Assembly (NCBI GenBank): GCA_030141605.1
Contig: JAQGDQ010000377.1
Location: 1-64,000, forward strand
DNA: 64,000 nucleotides
Source: Tubiluchus corallicola
Taxonomy: Eukaryota; Animalia; Priapulida
Reading direction: 5' to 3'
Position 1 is the stretch's first letter, and each line of letters opens with the position of its first letter. Position numbers and translations under genes: made by a program. This document shows positions 39,001 to 51,103 of the stretch, piece after piece. Under the pieces are notes generated by a model, which was not told the origin of the DNA, searched no databases, and saw nothing but the letters and a program-made list of their open reading frames with translations.

Positions 39001-40368
39001 AGTACAACATGTGTCATGAGACAGCAATAATACACATAAGCGCAGCAGCATCTCCCCACAAATTCCAACTACAGTACAACGTGTGTCATGAGACAATAAT
39101 AATGTCGTTGAGATAAAATCGAGCATCAAAAAATAAACAAACACAAGCAACAAGGTAAACAACAACAAAGCAAGAGAATAAATAGCAGACAATTAATCAG
39201 CATATGTCTGCTTTGCAAATCAAAGCTGTCCGCGGCATAGTTAAAACTGCATTATGGAGCTTCATAGTAGAATGCATAAAAAATCCATACTTCAATTTAG
39301 TATTTTCATGCTCCAAAGTAACTCGTGGAAGTAGTAATTTTGCTTGAGCCATCTACAGGATTTAAACCTAACTGCAATTTGTCTTGCAAACTCCATAGCA
39401 ACCACCTATGCATTTGGTTGCTAAGTGATTTTGCTTGAGTTTTTCTGTTGCCAAGCCCAGATCTTCATTTGGAAGTGCCATCTACAGGGCTTAAACCTAA
39501 CTGAAATCTGTCCTTGCAAACTCCATAGCAACCACCTGTGCATTTAGTTGTTAAATAATTTTGCTTGTGATTTTCTGTTGCCAAGCCCAGATCTTCATTT
39601 GGAGGTGCCATCTACAGGATTTAAACCTAACTGCAATCTGTCCTTGCAAACTCCATAGCAACCACCTATTCACGTGCGGCCATGATAAAAATCATTTATT
39701 GACAACATAAAGTAAACTATGAACATAATACCAAAAATGGACTTTCTTCTGAGTCTGAATCCCACAGCAGGTCGGTAAATATAATCGATCATTTCCTTAG
39801 CTACGCCTCACCTCTGCAGTGAGTCAACGCAAGTGCTTTGGATACTGTTACTAAAAATAGACCATAGGTGTTTTGTGCGTGGAGAGATGTGGCTGCATTC
39901 AATGTTTTGCGATTGTGGTCAGCGATATCTTCGACTAATGAGTCATCGTACAAATAATATATTGATACGTCTAAGCGTGTCACCCCAGCCCTCGTTTATA
40001 ATGGGCACCCAAACTTTGCGTTCTTTTTTAGGTAGAAAATTTTGCGTGTTATACTCGAATAAATATGATACAAGACCAAATATGCTTAGACAACATCCTA
40101 GCATCATAACGTAGTTGTAACTATTCCGGTTTATGGACAGTTTTGCTTTGCAAGCACAAAATTATCTTTAACAACACCCATTTCACACCACTAATGGCTT
40201 CAACAGAGACTATAAAACAATCAAACTTACCTGGCTTCACAGCAAACATGGCGGGATACTCATGTCTGAAATTCAGCAGGGAAGCCAAAATCTTGTCTCG
40301 ATGAGTAAGAGCCTCCGCAGATAATCGGGGTTCCTTCTCCAATGTGTCATTTAAGAAGGATTCCACCT
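22587..40368 (-). CDS. SKAP2: SKAP1/SKAP2-like Src kinase-associated phosphoprotein (dimerisation domain, Pro/Tyr-rich linker, PH, SH3); exons 40368-40231, 38548-38381, 37134-37072, 36751-36587, 33192-33026, 28981-28871, 27669-27594, 26710-26580, 23135-22587; first exon not located
   Basis: All junctions are GT-AG with consistent phases (1568 nt plus 1 from the missing exon). EVESFLNDTLEKEPRLSAEALTHRDKIL resembles the SKAP dimerisation helix. PH: KFGFLLKRRKEKVLFTSEYQKRFCVVAGSTFYYY..GSFSLKDYEAR..CPGQRTYQFQTENRRDQEDWKRII. SH3: [52 protein letters not shown], with the SKAP-typical KEY..Y.WWVGE. Probably co-orthologous to SKAP1 and SKAP2. Confidence 0.9.
24030..24575 (+). mobile_element. 5S rRNA-derived SINE (SINE3-type), 546 bp, (CCAA)n tail, 12-bp TSD
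   Basis: 24033-24138 is a 5'-truncated 5S rRNA copy (ccgaagttaagcaacg, ggatgggtgaccgcc, gaataccaggtgctgtag) without an oligo-T terminator. A GC-rich body follows, then ccaaccaaccaaccaacc. TSD agttttcctggg at 24018-24029 and 24576-24587. Confidence 0.92.
25220..26256. repeat. About 1-kb segment duplicated in inverted orientation at about 41524-42545; its left part belongs to a dispersed family also at about 5030-5550
   Basis: Near-identical reverse complements, e.g. ttgagtatgagcaccttaaactata vs tatagtttaaggtgctcatactcaa. Confidence 0.9.
27148..27611. repeat. 42/45-bp tandem array, 11 units, reiterating a SKAP exon end and 5' splice donor
   Basis: Unit tactcaccattcagccaatcagraaacagcatgactcat...; on minus it reads CCTGATTGGCTGAATG|GTGAGTA. 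Confidence 0.95.
27830..28200. mobile_element. Dispersed repeat family; other copies near 40815-41000 and 41440-41530 (interrupted), 56850-57320 and 60300-60780 (both inverted)
   Basis: Shared segments such as actgtaagatattcagtgt and aatttaccgctgtgctcacgcatga. Confidence 0.75.
28360..28570. repeat. About 72-bp tandem repeat, 3 copies
   Basis: cagggcacactatgcagatagagagatttatgttt ... gggtcaaaggtca occurs three times. Confidence 0.9.
29571..30297. repeat. 22-bp minisatellite (acataacatagtatacatactt), about 33 copies
   Basis: Direct periodicity. Confidence 0.97.
30626..31113. pseudogene. Chimeric duplicated block: internally deleted protease fragment (30626-30746) plus a copy of SKAP exon 38548-38381 with its downstream intron (30753-31113)
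   Basis: 30626-30671 matches 31118-31163; 30675-30746 matches 31676-31747; 30753-31113 matches 38188-38555 (ORFs 30862..31140 and 38304..38636 are near identical). Confidence 0.88.
31386..32381 (+). CDS. Intronless S1 (chymotrypsin-fold) serine protease with signal peptide and hydrophobic GPI-like tail, nested antisense in a SKAP intron, 331 aa
   Basis: Signal MLFLNLIFIITFLFAF; CGGILID..VLTAAHC (His57), NDIAL (Asp102), GDSGGP (Ser195); C-terminus VPLTGVYMLCFIITFYSS. Confidence 0.93.
   Translation: MLFLNLIFIITFLFAFTTSFCFGTRSALEVSSSTLSTPASGSTDEGLSAEPRGVGGQEVIGRQFPFIVGISTDEAGGFCGGILIDNQLVLTAAHCFRNSRGPGEHLNMYLGSNNLFESRVYRWVLKYFLHEDFVLKYTEFQYNDIALVVMNKPVDFTDDIQAASLPICNNSTYINEDITIVGWGDFRKSQFHPVHLHNYLQRVTLTVTTRSECKEIDPRFGVCAYGPWRSGGLGDSGGPWVLEKTGEVIGVHSGHGGSDTFKAEYPVPQFVPNAAAKTAYYKDWIDINSYYAKNVAVMGGYEALAASNSAPNRVPLTGVYMLCFIITFYSS
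33618..34160. repeat. About 540-bp segment duplicated in inverted orientation at about 42790-43337
   Basis: ORFs 33943..34221(-) and 42774..43007(+) share KAHSDIKIITSTILNC...WAREAKACISPLSCEPDKKRMDE; the DNA is near identical. Confidence 0.9.
35025..36130 (-). mobile_element. Decayed non-LTR retrotransposon (end of RT plus C-terminal CCHC finger)
   Basis: Broken ORFs with EAEEYQYLGDWID (RT thumb YLG), RETWSNL..LEMIQ..LKTLFNL, and CPVCEEDDDTTEHTLRC. Confidence 0.85.
36237..36597. repeat. 89-bp tandem array, 4 units, each reiterating the SKAP exon donor GATGGTCAGG|GTGAGTCG
   Basis: Donor copies at 36587, 36498, 36409 and 36320. Confidence 0.95.
37613..38199. mobile_element. piggyBac-like non-autonomous element (TTAA-CCCTTTCACT ... 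AGTGAAAGGG-TTAA); partial related copy at about 26819-26945
   Basis: TTAA flanks and 10-bp TIRs; the internal segment acaagattctgttttagtaacacaccacaagaagt recurs inverted near 26885-26920. Confidence 0.8.
38597..39102. repeat. 72-bp minisatellite, 7 copies, just upstream of a SKAP splice acceptor
   Basis: 72-nt periodicity (38611, 38683, ...). ORFs 38533..39192 and 38595..39116 are repeat translations. Confidence 0.96.
39335..39668. repeat. About 130-bp tandem repeat, about 3 copies
   Basis: gccatctacagg..ttaaacctaactg..ttgcaaactccatagcaaccacct occurs three times. Confidence 0.88.
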
Positions 40369-41004
40369 CTTTTGTAAACAAACAAATAAACAAACAAAAT
40401 AAAAACGATTAAAGTTAACCACATTTTTTGCAGAAAAATTTAGCGACATAAATCAAGCTGAATTAACTCCAGGCTTAACAAATAGATAATGATATGTATA
40501 TCCCAATAGACATACAAATACAAGTAGATATGTTCAATCTCTCAGAAGCTACCCCATTTTGAAGTATGTTAAACGAGTATACATTTTAACATCTATAATG
40601 CTGCAAATGCTTTTCTGATAACTAAGTACTAGTCTAAAAACTTAATTAATAGCTGGCAAGCATAACTAGTCATGACATCACAACTGAACATACTTTCCAA
40701 CAGCACAAACGTTCTATCAACATGTTGAACGTCTTTGCGAAAGCAAAAATTGAAGTAAAGTGCAACTGTACAACATTATAATCAACATTCAGTGTAATAT
40801 ACGAAAAATCATCAAATTTTAAATTCAAATTTTAAGTTTACCACTGTTGCTCGCGCGTGAGCTGCACTATGTTGCCACAAAACATGTCAGAACTGTGAAA
40901 TGTTTTTCTGTAATGCTAGCGCCAGTCTAAGTAGCAAATGGCAAAATGCAAGTAATAGCGAAAGCAAAATTCCATTGAAGTGGCAATAATTCTTTCATGT
41001 AAGT

Positions 41005-41434
41005 CAGGGGTGTGCAAAGTGCGGCCCGCCGAGAGATTTGTCAACCTAATGAAAGTGCGGCCTGGACGATGGATTGAGTGTATCCAGCTGAAGTCCGAGC
41101 CACGATTGCAAAGATAGTTTTTTCTACTAGATTGGATGGCATTAACCCTTACAAGACGGTTGTCACTTAATGTCACTGTCGGACACGACGAAATTACACG
41201 TTGCTCACTTGGAACACAAAAAGCGATGTAATCACAGAACACAGCAAACTAAATTAATATGAATTTTAATAACTTCTAAAATAGTTTTTTGAGTGTAGTA
41301 GTGCAGTAGTAATGATGTACGCAGATCGCATGCAAAAAATTGTTATTAGGTCCTACTGTACTTGGCTCGTGGCCCACAGAAATTGCGGGAAAGTTTAATG
41401 TGGCCTGGCTAGTCAGATAATTTGCACACCCCTG
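41005..41434. mobile_element. hAT MITE (TIR CAGGGGTGTGCAAA) with 8-bp TSD atgtaagt, inserted into an older repeat
   Basis: Perfect 14-bp TIRs; TSD at 40997-41004 and 41435-41442. Confidence 0.92.
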
Positions 41435-44400
41435 ATGTAAGTCCTTCTTGAAAAAAATAGTATGTTTTCTTTCAATACTGCATTACCTTTGGGCCTTTGT
41501 ATTACATAGCACATTGTTTTGAACTATAGTTTAAGGTGCTCATACTCAATATAGTAGAAATAATACTAAATGGCAATTTTTACATAGACTTTTATAAGTA
41601 TTTTACAGAGCTTACATTAAAAATATATTGTAACTTATAAGGATTGTACTGTTAAAGAATTATTTCATTTGCCAAAATGTCCTAGTAAATAAAATTAATA
41701 ATACTGATGATGATAAGAAATGGTAAAAAAGTTTAGTAAAATGAACTCCAGAGAATTAAGGTATCTGAAATCATTACCAGCCAATATTGCCTGCAAGCTA
41801 GCGTGATATTTTGTCATTTTGGTTTATGTCAGAGTCATCTAGTGAGTGCTATCTGAAACAAAATCAAAGTAAAAAATAGAAACTTAATATAACATTCATT
41901 AAATCAGAAATTAATGCAAACAGCTTTTACAATGTGTGATTGCATGGCAATAACATCCATAATTTTGCAATTAATCTTTTCTAATTATTCAAATATCCTG
42001 AATCTCCATTTCATAAGGATCATTTTAATACCAAGTTCATCACTCTATGTTATTCCTAAGCTGAGATAATCCATGTTGAAATTCAGGTGCAGGATATAAA
42101 AAAATCGTTGTTAAAGTTAGCCATTTTTTTGCTGCATTTCTTACAAAACACTTAGCAACTGCACAAATGTTGGTTGCTACAGACTTTGCAAGAACACATT
42201 GAAGTTATGTTTAAATCCAGTAGATGGCTCTTCCCAACAAAAATCTGGGCTTGGTAACAGAAAAACCCGGAAGCAAAATGACTAGTATTGGAGTTTGAAA
42301 ATACAAGTTTTTTTTACAATTGCAGTACTAGTTTCTAGACAGAAAACTGGGTACGGGGTAATAAAATTAAGTCTTTAGTATTTTTGAACATTTCCTTGAC
42401 ATTTTGGTGCTAAAATATAAAAGACCAATGTATTCAGCATTGGTTTTTACAAAATACAAAAAATTGACATTTGACCAATTTTTTTTGTCATTCTACTTTG
42501 AAGCAACATAACATTGTTTTAACTATGCCCACTTATGACTGATTTTGGTTTGCGAGCACACTTATAGTTTATGCCAGTGTCACACAGTGTAACGATACGC
42601 CTAGATCATGATAACGATACGTATCACGATACGATACATATCATGATACACCCGAGTTAATGTTTGCAAGCTTTATAGAACAATGAGCTGAAGCTGTTGA
42701 TAATGAATCCTAAACGTATTTATCAATTAACAGTTCTAGGATTGTTAGATGCTAAAATAACTCCCCAAATTGTTTGGTTTTTACTTATCACTTTATTTTT
42801 TTTTTATTTATTATTATTATTATCACATTCAGTACAATATATAAAGCACACAGTGACATCAAAATTATTACATCTACTATATTAAATTGTTGTTTCATGC
42901 ACTATCGTTATCATAAAATAATAATTGTACTGCAGTGGGCTAGAGAAGCAAAGGCTTGTATAAGCCCACTGTCATGTGAACCCGATAAAAAAAGAATGGA
43001 TGAGTGAACAAAAAAAAGAACTAGAAGAAAGATTAGATCACACAGGAAGGGTAGCAGGATGTGTTAATGGAAATGGTAGGAAGAAAGATAATAGATTGCG
43101 CTATGTTGACATCAGCTCTAAAGATTCACTTGTGTAATGAACAGGCTATTGTTGGTATCCTAAGCCATGAGAAAAACAAAACATATCAATATTTTAGGTT
43201 AAAATGTTGCTTGTGCATTGTCTGACAAACTTTTGCCACTTCACAACTTTATATACATGTAAACAACATAATTAGTCTACTACAGGTTCAGTACCTTGCA
43301 TTTGCAACTGCTTTAGCTGCTAGCAGTGCATGTGTCAAGTCAACTACTGTTCATTTCACTGACTGATAGGTATTTACAGTAAGTAAGCTGCAGTTACTTC
43401 AAATTGTTCCTATCACCATACAATCAACCGAGTGCTAATTTTCTAGGTATAATTGATTCGGGTTACCAAGAATATTATTAATACTTCGGTGATATGCATA
43501 ATGTAATAAAATAAATAACATGATGCAGCGTTATAGACATAATCCACACCAGAATGTTATCAGGTGTGTAAATTCAAATCATGTTTATTCAAGCAGTTGT
43601 AGTGCATTAAATAAAACGCCTTAATGTGTTGGAATAAAAAAAATTAATAACAGTTTCTACACTGTCTGTTTCCAATAAATTACCTTTGCTAGTTTTCGAT
43701 GTATCTTACCTTGTACTAATGTATTAATTACAATTATATTACACGGGTTAATTAGCAGATCTACATTTTTTAACAATTTACACTAACGTTAGGAGGATAG
43801 CTGACTTGATGACTAATTAGTCTTTCACTACCCTTTCTCCACCACCCCACTAACTCTTTCCTAAGGCCTTATGCATAATTTATCATGATTAATTAATAAC
43901 TATAGCAACAATAATCTATTTGCATTCTGGTATGGCATTGACTTGAAATTGAATTGAATTGGTGTAAATGAGGAAGTAAATAAAATGTCTATAATTATAC
44001 TCTATTAAAAACTTCTTACAAATAATAATAATATACATTAACGTAATGAAACGGGAAATAATGACAATATTTAAACTGAGCAAATATACCTAGAAACTGA
44101 ACACGGCAAAAAGCATAAGTATAAACATGTAGAGCTCAAACAAAAATCAAGCAAAGCACAGTATCTTGATAATCGGTTGGACTAGAGCCAATTTTTTCCT
44201 TTTGGAACAGTGAATCTGTGTTTTAAACTGAGTTTATAAATACCCTACATTTTTTTGAAATACACTTACGGTATAATGAAACAAAAGACAATAAGAATTT
44301 TTTTATAGTTGAGAGCTTACGTGATAAAAAAAATGTCTAGTCTTCCTTATGAAAGTATAACAATAAATGTTACTACACAAAATTAACAGCAAACACCCAA

Positions 44401-44549
44401 AACAGGAAATAAGTTCTCGTTTTCTTGTCCTCTTTACCATTTGAGGAAGTTCAGTAGAAGAAACTTCTGGAAAAGCAATTGCGCGAATTCTATTTGGCGG
44501 TGTTTTGTTGTAATACATTACTTTTCTCTTTTGATACTAGACGTGATAG

Positions 44550-44636
<87 letters not shown>

Positions 44637-44645
44637 GCTGCTACT
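44550..44645. repeat. (CTA)n microsatellite
   Basis: Seen directly; the poly-Y and poly-L ORFs are artefacts. Confidence 0.97.
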
Positions 44646-44653
44646 GGGTGGGT

Positions 44654-45047
44654 GGGGTGAGCATCGAACGTTCGAGTTCGGACATTCGAATCAAATTCGA
44701 ACGCTCGAGTTCGATTCGAACGAGTTTTTTAGTTCGAACTCGATTCGAATCCAAAACTATAGATTCGAATAATTCAGCACTTCAATCACACATGTTCTTT
44801 ATCACTAAAACGATTGAAACATCATGCAATTAGCATAATTTAGCTGTGATTTCTGAACACAATTTTAAAGAAATTACTAGTCGTTTTATTGGAGAACAAA
44901 ATTTAGTGATATGCATGATCTTTGTAAGACTAATTTTTGCTGGTGGTTCGAAAATCTTTCGATCTCAATTCGAATTCGGTTCGAATTCGAAACACTGAAG
45001 TTCAGTTTGATTCGAATTCGCTTTCCGGTAGAGAATGCTCACCCCTA
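44654..45047. mobile_element. hAT-like MITE with TIR ggggtgagcat / atgctcacccc and many subterminal TTCGA motifs
   Basis: Inverted ends and dense ttcga/tcgaa repeats at both ends; no clean TSD. Confidence 0.7.
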
Positions 45048-48000
45048 GTGGCAAGTAATTATTCCTGTCGTGTACATTCATGTCTTTCATCTTTAATTAG
45101 TATCGAAATTTGACTAATTCGTGGTTAGTTCGATTAGTAACAATAATCTTAACATTAAAGTTACAATTGCTAATAATGAAATTTGATCGAACACGGACTG
45201 ATTCACTCGCTTTCTAGATAGTGCTAATATTTCAAAGACATATTCCGAGATCTTCAAAAAGGATGTTTTTACAGAAACTGTCAATACGTTTTTTGTTAAA
45301 TTTATGAAGATGAGTACAGAACAAAATAATGTTGGAGCTCGTTTCTGTCAGGTAGAACCAGAAGCCAAAAGGAGAAACAACCATATACTATGTGCATTAC
45401 AATATTTTTCTATTGAGACTGGCATTTCATATTCACTTACGCCCTCAGATCATAGCTTGCTTTAAGGGAAAACATTGAGTTTAAGAAGAAAAATGATCAA
45501 AAGCACTAGTTTTGACATTTTCTTTAAAGTAATATATTTTTTTTTTTTTTTGTAATGATCTCAATTATAAATTATGGAGATAGTTATTAATTTTTAATTC
45601 TTTTAACTACAGCTTTTTTATACATTGAAACTTAGTTCTCTCTTGATATGAAATATGCTTGTAGCTAAATTTATTATTAATGATGGTGAAAATTTAAATA
45701 CAACAAAGCCATAATTTTTATGTTATTTTTATTTCCTGATCTGCGGTGAATCTTACATGTTTTTTCCATAATTGCATGAAAAGGTTTAGCAAAAATAAAC
45801 ATCAAAATTTCAAATAACAGGAACATAATTAATAGGTTACTATTGATCGACAAAGTTTATGCAAATTTTTCAGGGAAGTGTGTGCGGCGTAGAAATGCCA
45901 AGTAATAACAATAAAAATCTTTTCTGTTGGGAGCCGAGTATACCACTGGCCGAAGTAGGACAATTGGCGTTCATGGGCTAGCTCAAGTAGGACGCGTCAT
46001 TCCATACGTCCGCCATGTCGGTGTAAACTCGAACGTCGGACACCTTTATCTGCTGAGTGATCGCAACCGCTCTTGACGTCATGTGAGATGTTGGATGTGC
46101 CAAAAAGGGGAGCTAAAAATAACAAATGCTGCTAAAGGCGCCATCAAACATAACCAATATAAATGGTGGAGCCACGGCCAGTTACCAGGTTATTCTTTAG
46201 GCTAGCATAGCCTGCAGCTTAAGCCCCCCCCCCAAGATTTGGCAACACTTAGCAAAAAATCAGTTTTTTTCACTACAGCTGTGTTGAAATATGTGCTAAT
46301 TTGGTTTGCAGCAAATAGTAAAATAGTCGTATTTCTTATAGAACATTTTTATTGACAAACAAAAGATAGCCATTCCAGTTTATGTAAAGAATTTGTAATA
46401 AATCTACTTCAACCTATGTAATGTCGTAAAACATTGTTCGACAATATTTAACATATTCCTAAAACACGTCGCTTGAACATATCCGGTAAATACATACTCA
46501 AGAATGGTGTGGGTGAGTTGAGGTGCATAATATCATTAACCCAGAGGCTCCAAAAACTGATAATCTGGTCGTGGGTGGACCAATGGGCGTGTGCGGTACA
46601 TTGGGTGCTGCTGTATAGTTAGCTGGAAATTTATGCAGTGCACGAATTGTTCATGTTGATTACAATAAAAGGACTGTCTTAATAAAAAAGGTGTTTCAGT
46701 TTCATAAATACTCATCTTCGCACTCTTTTCTAAAATTCCAAATTTTTGGCTAACAAACATGTGTTTTTTCATGTTTTTCTCTCTTTCTATCCTCCATTCG
46801 TGTTGTATAAATATTTCGGCTAGAGATTATAGGCCTTTTCGTAGTTTCGTTCATACTTTCCGCAGTTGCTGTAGGTCAAAGGTTAAGCATACAACAGCAA
46901 TGCGTATTATCTACAATCGTCACCTGGGTAACGCAAAGCATCAGTTCAGCAACTTCACTAATCCGTGGCTTTACGTGGACTTTACTTAATTATGCATTAG
47001 TTTGTGCGTAGAGTGATTTACTAGCAGGATCTTGCTTAGGAACGAGAAAAAAATGAGCTAGGTAAGGTCTTAACTAGCTGTTACTTTTTATAATAGTTTG
47101 GGCTGTGAGGCATTGTCAGGTGAACACAAATGCGCTCTCTGGTACACTTTAGCATTAATCATCAATCATTTCCACGATCATCATTAATCGCTGGAACTAT
47201 AAAAATGCTTATTTTGAAGTGAAAAACAGATTAAACTATTGTCAATCAAGTTGTCAGTTAGTAAATTGGGGAGAACTAATAATTCAAAATAACTTCAAGC
47301 TGGTATAATATATATTAGTTCAAAATAAAGAGTTAATCAATGAATGGGCAAAAGATCGTATGCAAAACAAAAATTGTGTTAGCACAAACAAAATTTATCT
47401 ACTAAAGTCGAACTTGAGCTAAAGCCTTTCAAGTCGCTGTACAAAATGTTTAGTTTTGTTCATAATAAACAAATAAAATACATAAAAATATAAAAGCATT
47501 CAAACGTATACCAAATAAAACATACAATACTTGTATACATGCATGCACCACAATCAATAAACATACAGTCTACATTAAAATGTAAACACATGTAAATAAT
47601 GTCCTTTGTAGAGTTCCAATAATCTGGGAGGCCTTAAAGGGGAAGAAAAGGAATACTAAAGCATCTCAAAAACTTTCCACACAAACTTACATTACTTAGC
47701 ATTACGCTCAGCTGTTTGAAAGACTTATGTATATGTAATTGGAAAAAAATCTTAATAATTGAAAATGTTTGACCAACTGATAAATCAGCACTGCATCGCC
47801 GTCCTCTGTTATCTAAACTTGTCCCGGATAACGTTATTACCTACCGTTAAAATGGATACTCCTAATGGTTTTATACAACATTACTGCTACCGCTAGCCAT
47901 GTGTGCAATAAGTTAGCACATAATATAAAATTTCAAGACGAATTTATTTGTGAAGTCTTCTTTCTTGCGCTTTAAATACGTTTTTCGGAATCTTTAGTGT

Positions 48001-49359
48001 TGTGGAAATTGGAATTGTACATTATAATTAGGTGCTGCCATCTATGGGCTAATCCTGTTACATTCTACCAGCAGACTTACCCTCAGCATAATTGTGTGGT
48101 CCAGTGAATGCATACACACTGGTCGTCTCCCTATTTTAAAGTAATGGTTGTTGTGAAGCCTGTGCAACTCTGCATAGGTCACCTATACCTATATATACTG
48201 ACTGTTTTTGCTTTCTAGTCACTCTCTCTCTCTCTCTCTCTTTCTTTCCCTCAGTGTTCAGTGCAGCAGTTGTGCTACTCATGTTTATGTAGTTTAATAA
48301 ACACTTTTCTGTTGTGTTCAGTGCAAATATGTATTATAGATTTTTTATTCCTATTCATACTTCTGTGCCTAAACTCAATCATAACAAAGTGAGTGAACAA
48401 CAACTTCAAAATGACTTTCACAAATGTGTCGATTACAGCTCACAGTATGTCTGTGCTTTGCTCAATACTTTTGTGTGATTAAGGATGGACGGATGCCTAA
48501 TTATGTGTATAAACTCTTATTAAACACAGAAAGCAAATGCCACTTACTCTCTTTTCCACAACTGGGATACCCTTAAACACCGCGCAGCCAAGTTCAACAT
48601 CAATTGGAACGTACATTTTAACATGCCTTCTTCTGTATCTGAAAAAATATCACTTTTTCATCATTTTAAAGGATGAAATACGCAACGGGACGCTGAATAG
48701 AATGACCAGCGTCCAAATAAGCACCAATGGGCACTCAAAGTAAATGGCTAAAATGAAGATTTAAATAGTTGTGCAGAAATACAATTCCACGCTCAATTTA
48801 TTACCCAACATTTATTCAGTTTTTGTATTTTTCTGCTTGCGAAGAAATGGAATAAATTTGACTAAGTCAAAATGGCATCCTTAAACCATGATTTTAGCCA
48901 GAAAATAGCGTAGAATTAGCTAATATTACATTGATGTATAATATACGTTTTGACCACATTTGAATTATTTTGACTGTGAAGATGAGGTTTATAAAAACTG
49001 CTCGGAAAAGAAAACATTTTTTGTCCCTATTTAAAGTTAATCAAATAGTTATTTTTTTATCAAACTTGCAAAGCCATAAACCAAACTAAACTGCGTGTTT
49101 TCTTGATTGCAAAATGGTTTAATCAGCAACTCATACACGTAAGTGTTGTGCATTTCTTCCTATAAACGAAACTAGATTATAGATTGCCACTAATTCACTT
49201 TCAATTTCAATTGACAATAATAAAATCTAGAGCAGGCCAATATTTCTAACTAATAAAAAGTCGAGCGCTTTTCATAACAGCAATAGGCGAAGCTGTAGCT
49301 AAATGTCCCGAACGTGCCTGCGTTAATTAAGCTCTGCAGGGGTGCCAATTATATTCCCA

Positions 49360-49806
49360 GCTTTAGTTGAAACTGTATTTCTGTATAACTCTGAGCTCTG
49401 GACATTAAAAGCAAATCATAAAGCTGAAATCGATGCGTTTCAAAGGCGAAATTACAGAAACATTTTGGGTATTAAACGGCCAAGGAAAATTTCAAACAAA
49501 GATCTATATGAAAAAATAAAAGAAGAACCTTGGACAAGAAAAATAAAAAGACGACGTTTAAGATGGATTGGGCATGTGCTTAGACTACCTGATGATATTC
49601 CAGTGAAGATATCTCTTCAAAAAAACCTGCAGGAGGACAAATGTTAACATATTTAGATTTTGCGCAGAAAGATTTAAACACTTCAGCTTTGATCCTTAGA
49701 AATAAATCCACTTGGGGCATTGTGGCGAGCAGGGAGTCCTGGCATAGAGAGGTGAGCAGAATCATGTCCCTGGACGAGTGATTCGTTGACGAAGAAGAAG
49801 AAGAAG
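49360..49806 (+). mobile_element. 5'-truncated RTE-like LINE 3' end with (GAA)n tail
   Basis: LYNSELWTL..IDAFQRRNYRNILGI..ISNKDLY..IKRRRLRWIGHVLR is the typical RTE post-RT signature; ends in gaagaagaagaagaag. Confidence 0.85.
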
Positions 49807-49957
49807 GGGTGCGAAAAAACTGGCATGCTGATTGGGCAGGCAACGAAAATGGTTGACATTATGTTAGACGTCAATTGTTAGTTCAAGAATAACGATAAAA
49901 GACGGCGACGGAAACGCTTCAAACATGGTCCATGAACAACACAATGATAGTGTATAC

Positions 49958-51103
49958 ACTATAATACCTCCTTGGCACTTAACGCTTCTGTGAAAATTTC
50001 AAATGGCTTCACAAAATTGCGTAAACTATAATACCTCCTTGGCACTTAACGCTTCTGTGAAAATTTCAAATGGCTTCACAAAATTGCGTAAACTATAATA
50101 CCTCCTTGGCACTTAACGCTTCTGTGAAAATTTCAAATGGCTTCACAAAATTGCGTAAACTATAATACCTCCTTGGCACTTAACGCTTCTGTGAAAATTT
50201 CAAATGGCTTCACAAAATTGCGTAAACTATAATACCTCCTTGGCACTTAACGCTTCTGTGAAAATTTCAAATGGCTTCACAAAATTGCGTAAACTATAAT
50301 ACCTCCTTGGCACTTAACGCTTCTGTGAAAATTTCAAATGGCTTCAAAATTGCGTAAACTATAATACCTCTTGGCATAACGCTTCTTGAAAATTTAAATG
50401 GCTTCACAAAATTGCATACAATACCTCTTTGGCACTTAACGCTTCTGTGAAAATTTCAAATGGCTCTTGTTTTTTTGGTTGTTTTGTCACAAAATTGCGT
50501 AAAGTACAATACCTCTTTGGCACTTAACGCTTCTGTGAAAATTTCAAGTTCACAAAATTGCGTAAACTATAATACCTCCTTGGCACTTAACGCTTCTGTG
50601 AAAATTTCAAATGGCTTCACAAAATTGCGTAAACTATAATACCTCCTTGGCACTTAACGCTTCTGTGAAAATTTCAAATGGCTTCACAAAATTGCGTAAA
50701 CTATAATACCTCCTTGGCACTTAACGCTTCGGTGAAAATTTCAAATGGCTTCACAAAATTGCGTAAACTATAATACCTCCTTGGCACTTAACGCTTCTGT
50801 GAAAATTTCAAATGGCTTCACAAAATTGCGTAAAGTACAATACCTCTTTGGCACTTAACGCTTCTGTGAAAATTTCAAATGGCTTCACAAAATTGCGTAA
50901 ACTATAATACCTCTTTGGCACTTAACGCTTCTGTGAAAATTTCAAATGGCTTCACAAAATTGCGTAAAGTACAATACCTCTTTGGCACTTAACGCTTCTG
51001 TGAAAATTTCAAATGGCTTCACAAAATTGCGTAAACTATAATACCTCCTTGGCACTTAACGCTTCTGTGAAAATTTCAAATGGCTTCACAAAATTGCGTA
51101 AAC
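49958..51103. repeat. 67-bp tandem array, about 17 copies
   Basis: Unit actataatacctccttggcacttaacgcttctgtgaaaatttcaaatggcttcacaaaattgcgtaa, with degenerate units near 50340-50550. Confidence 0.97.

Noticed and set aside
44303-44518. Possible type II membrane-anchor exon (KRTRKRELISCFGCLLLILCSNIYCY) with a GTAAG donor
   Set aside because: No compatible partner exons or recognisable homology.
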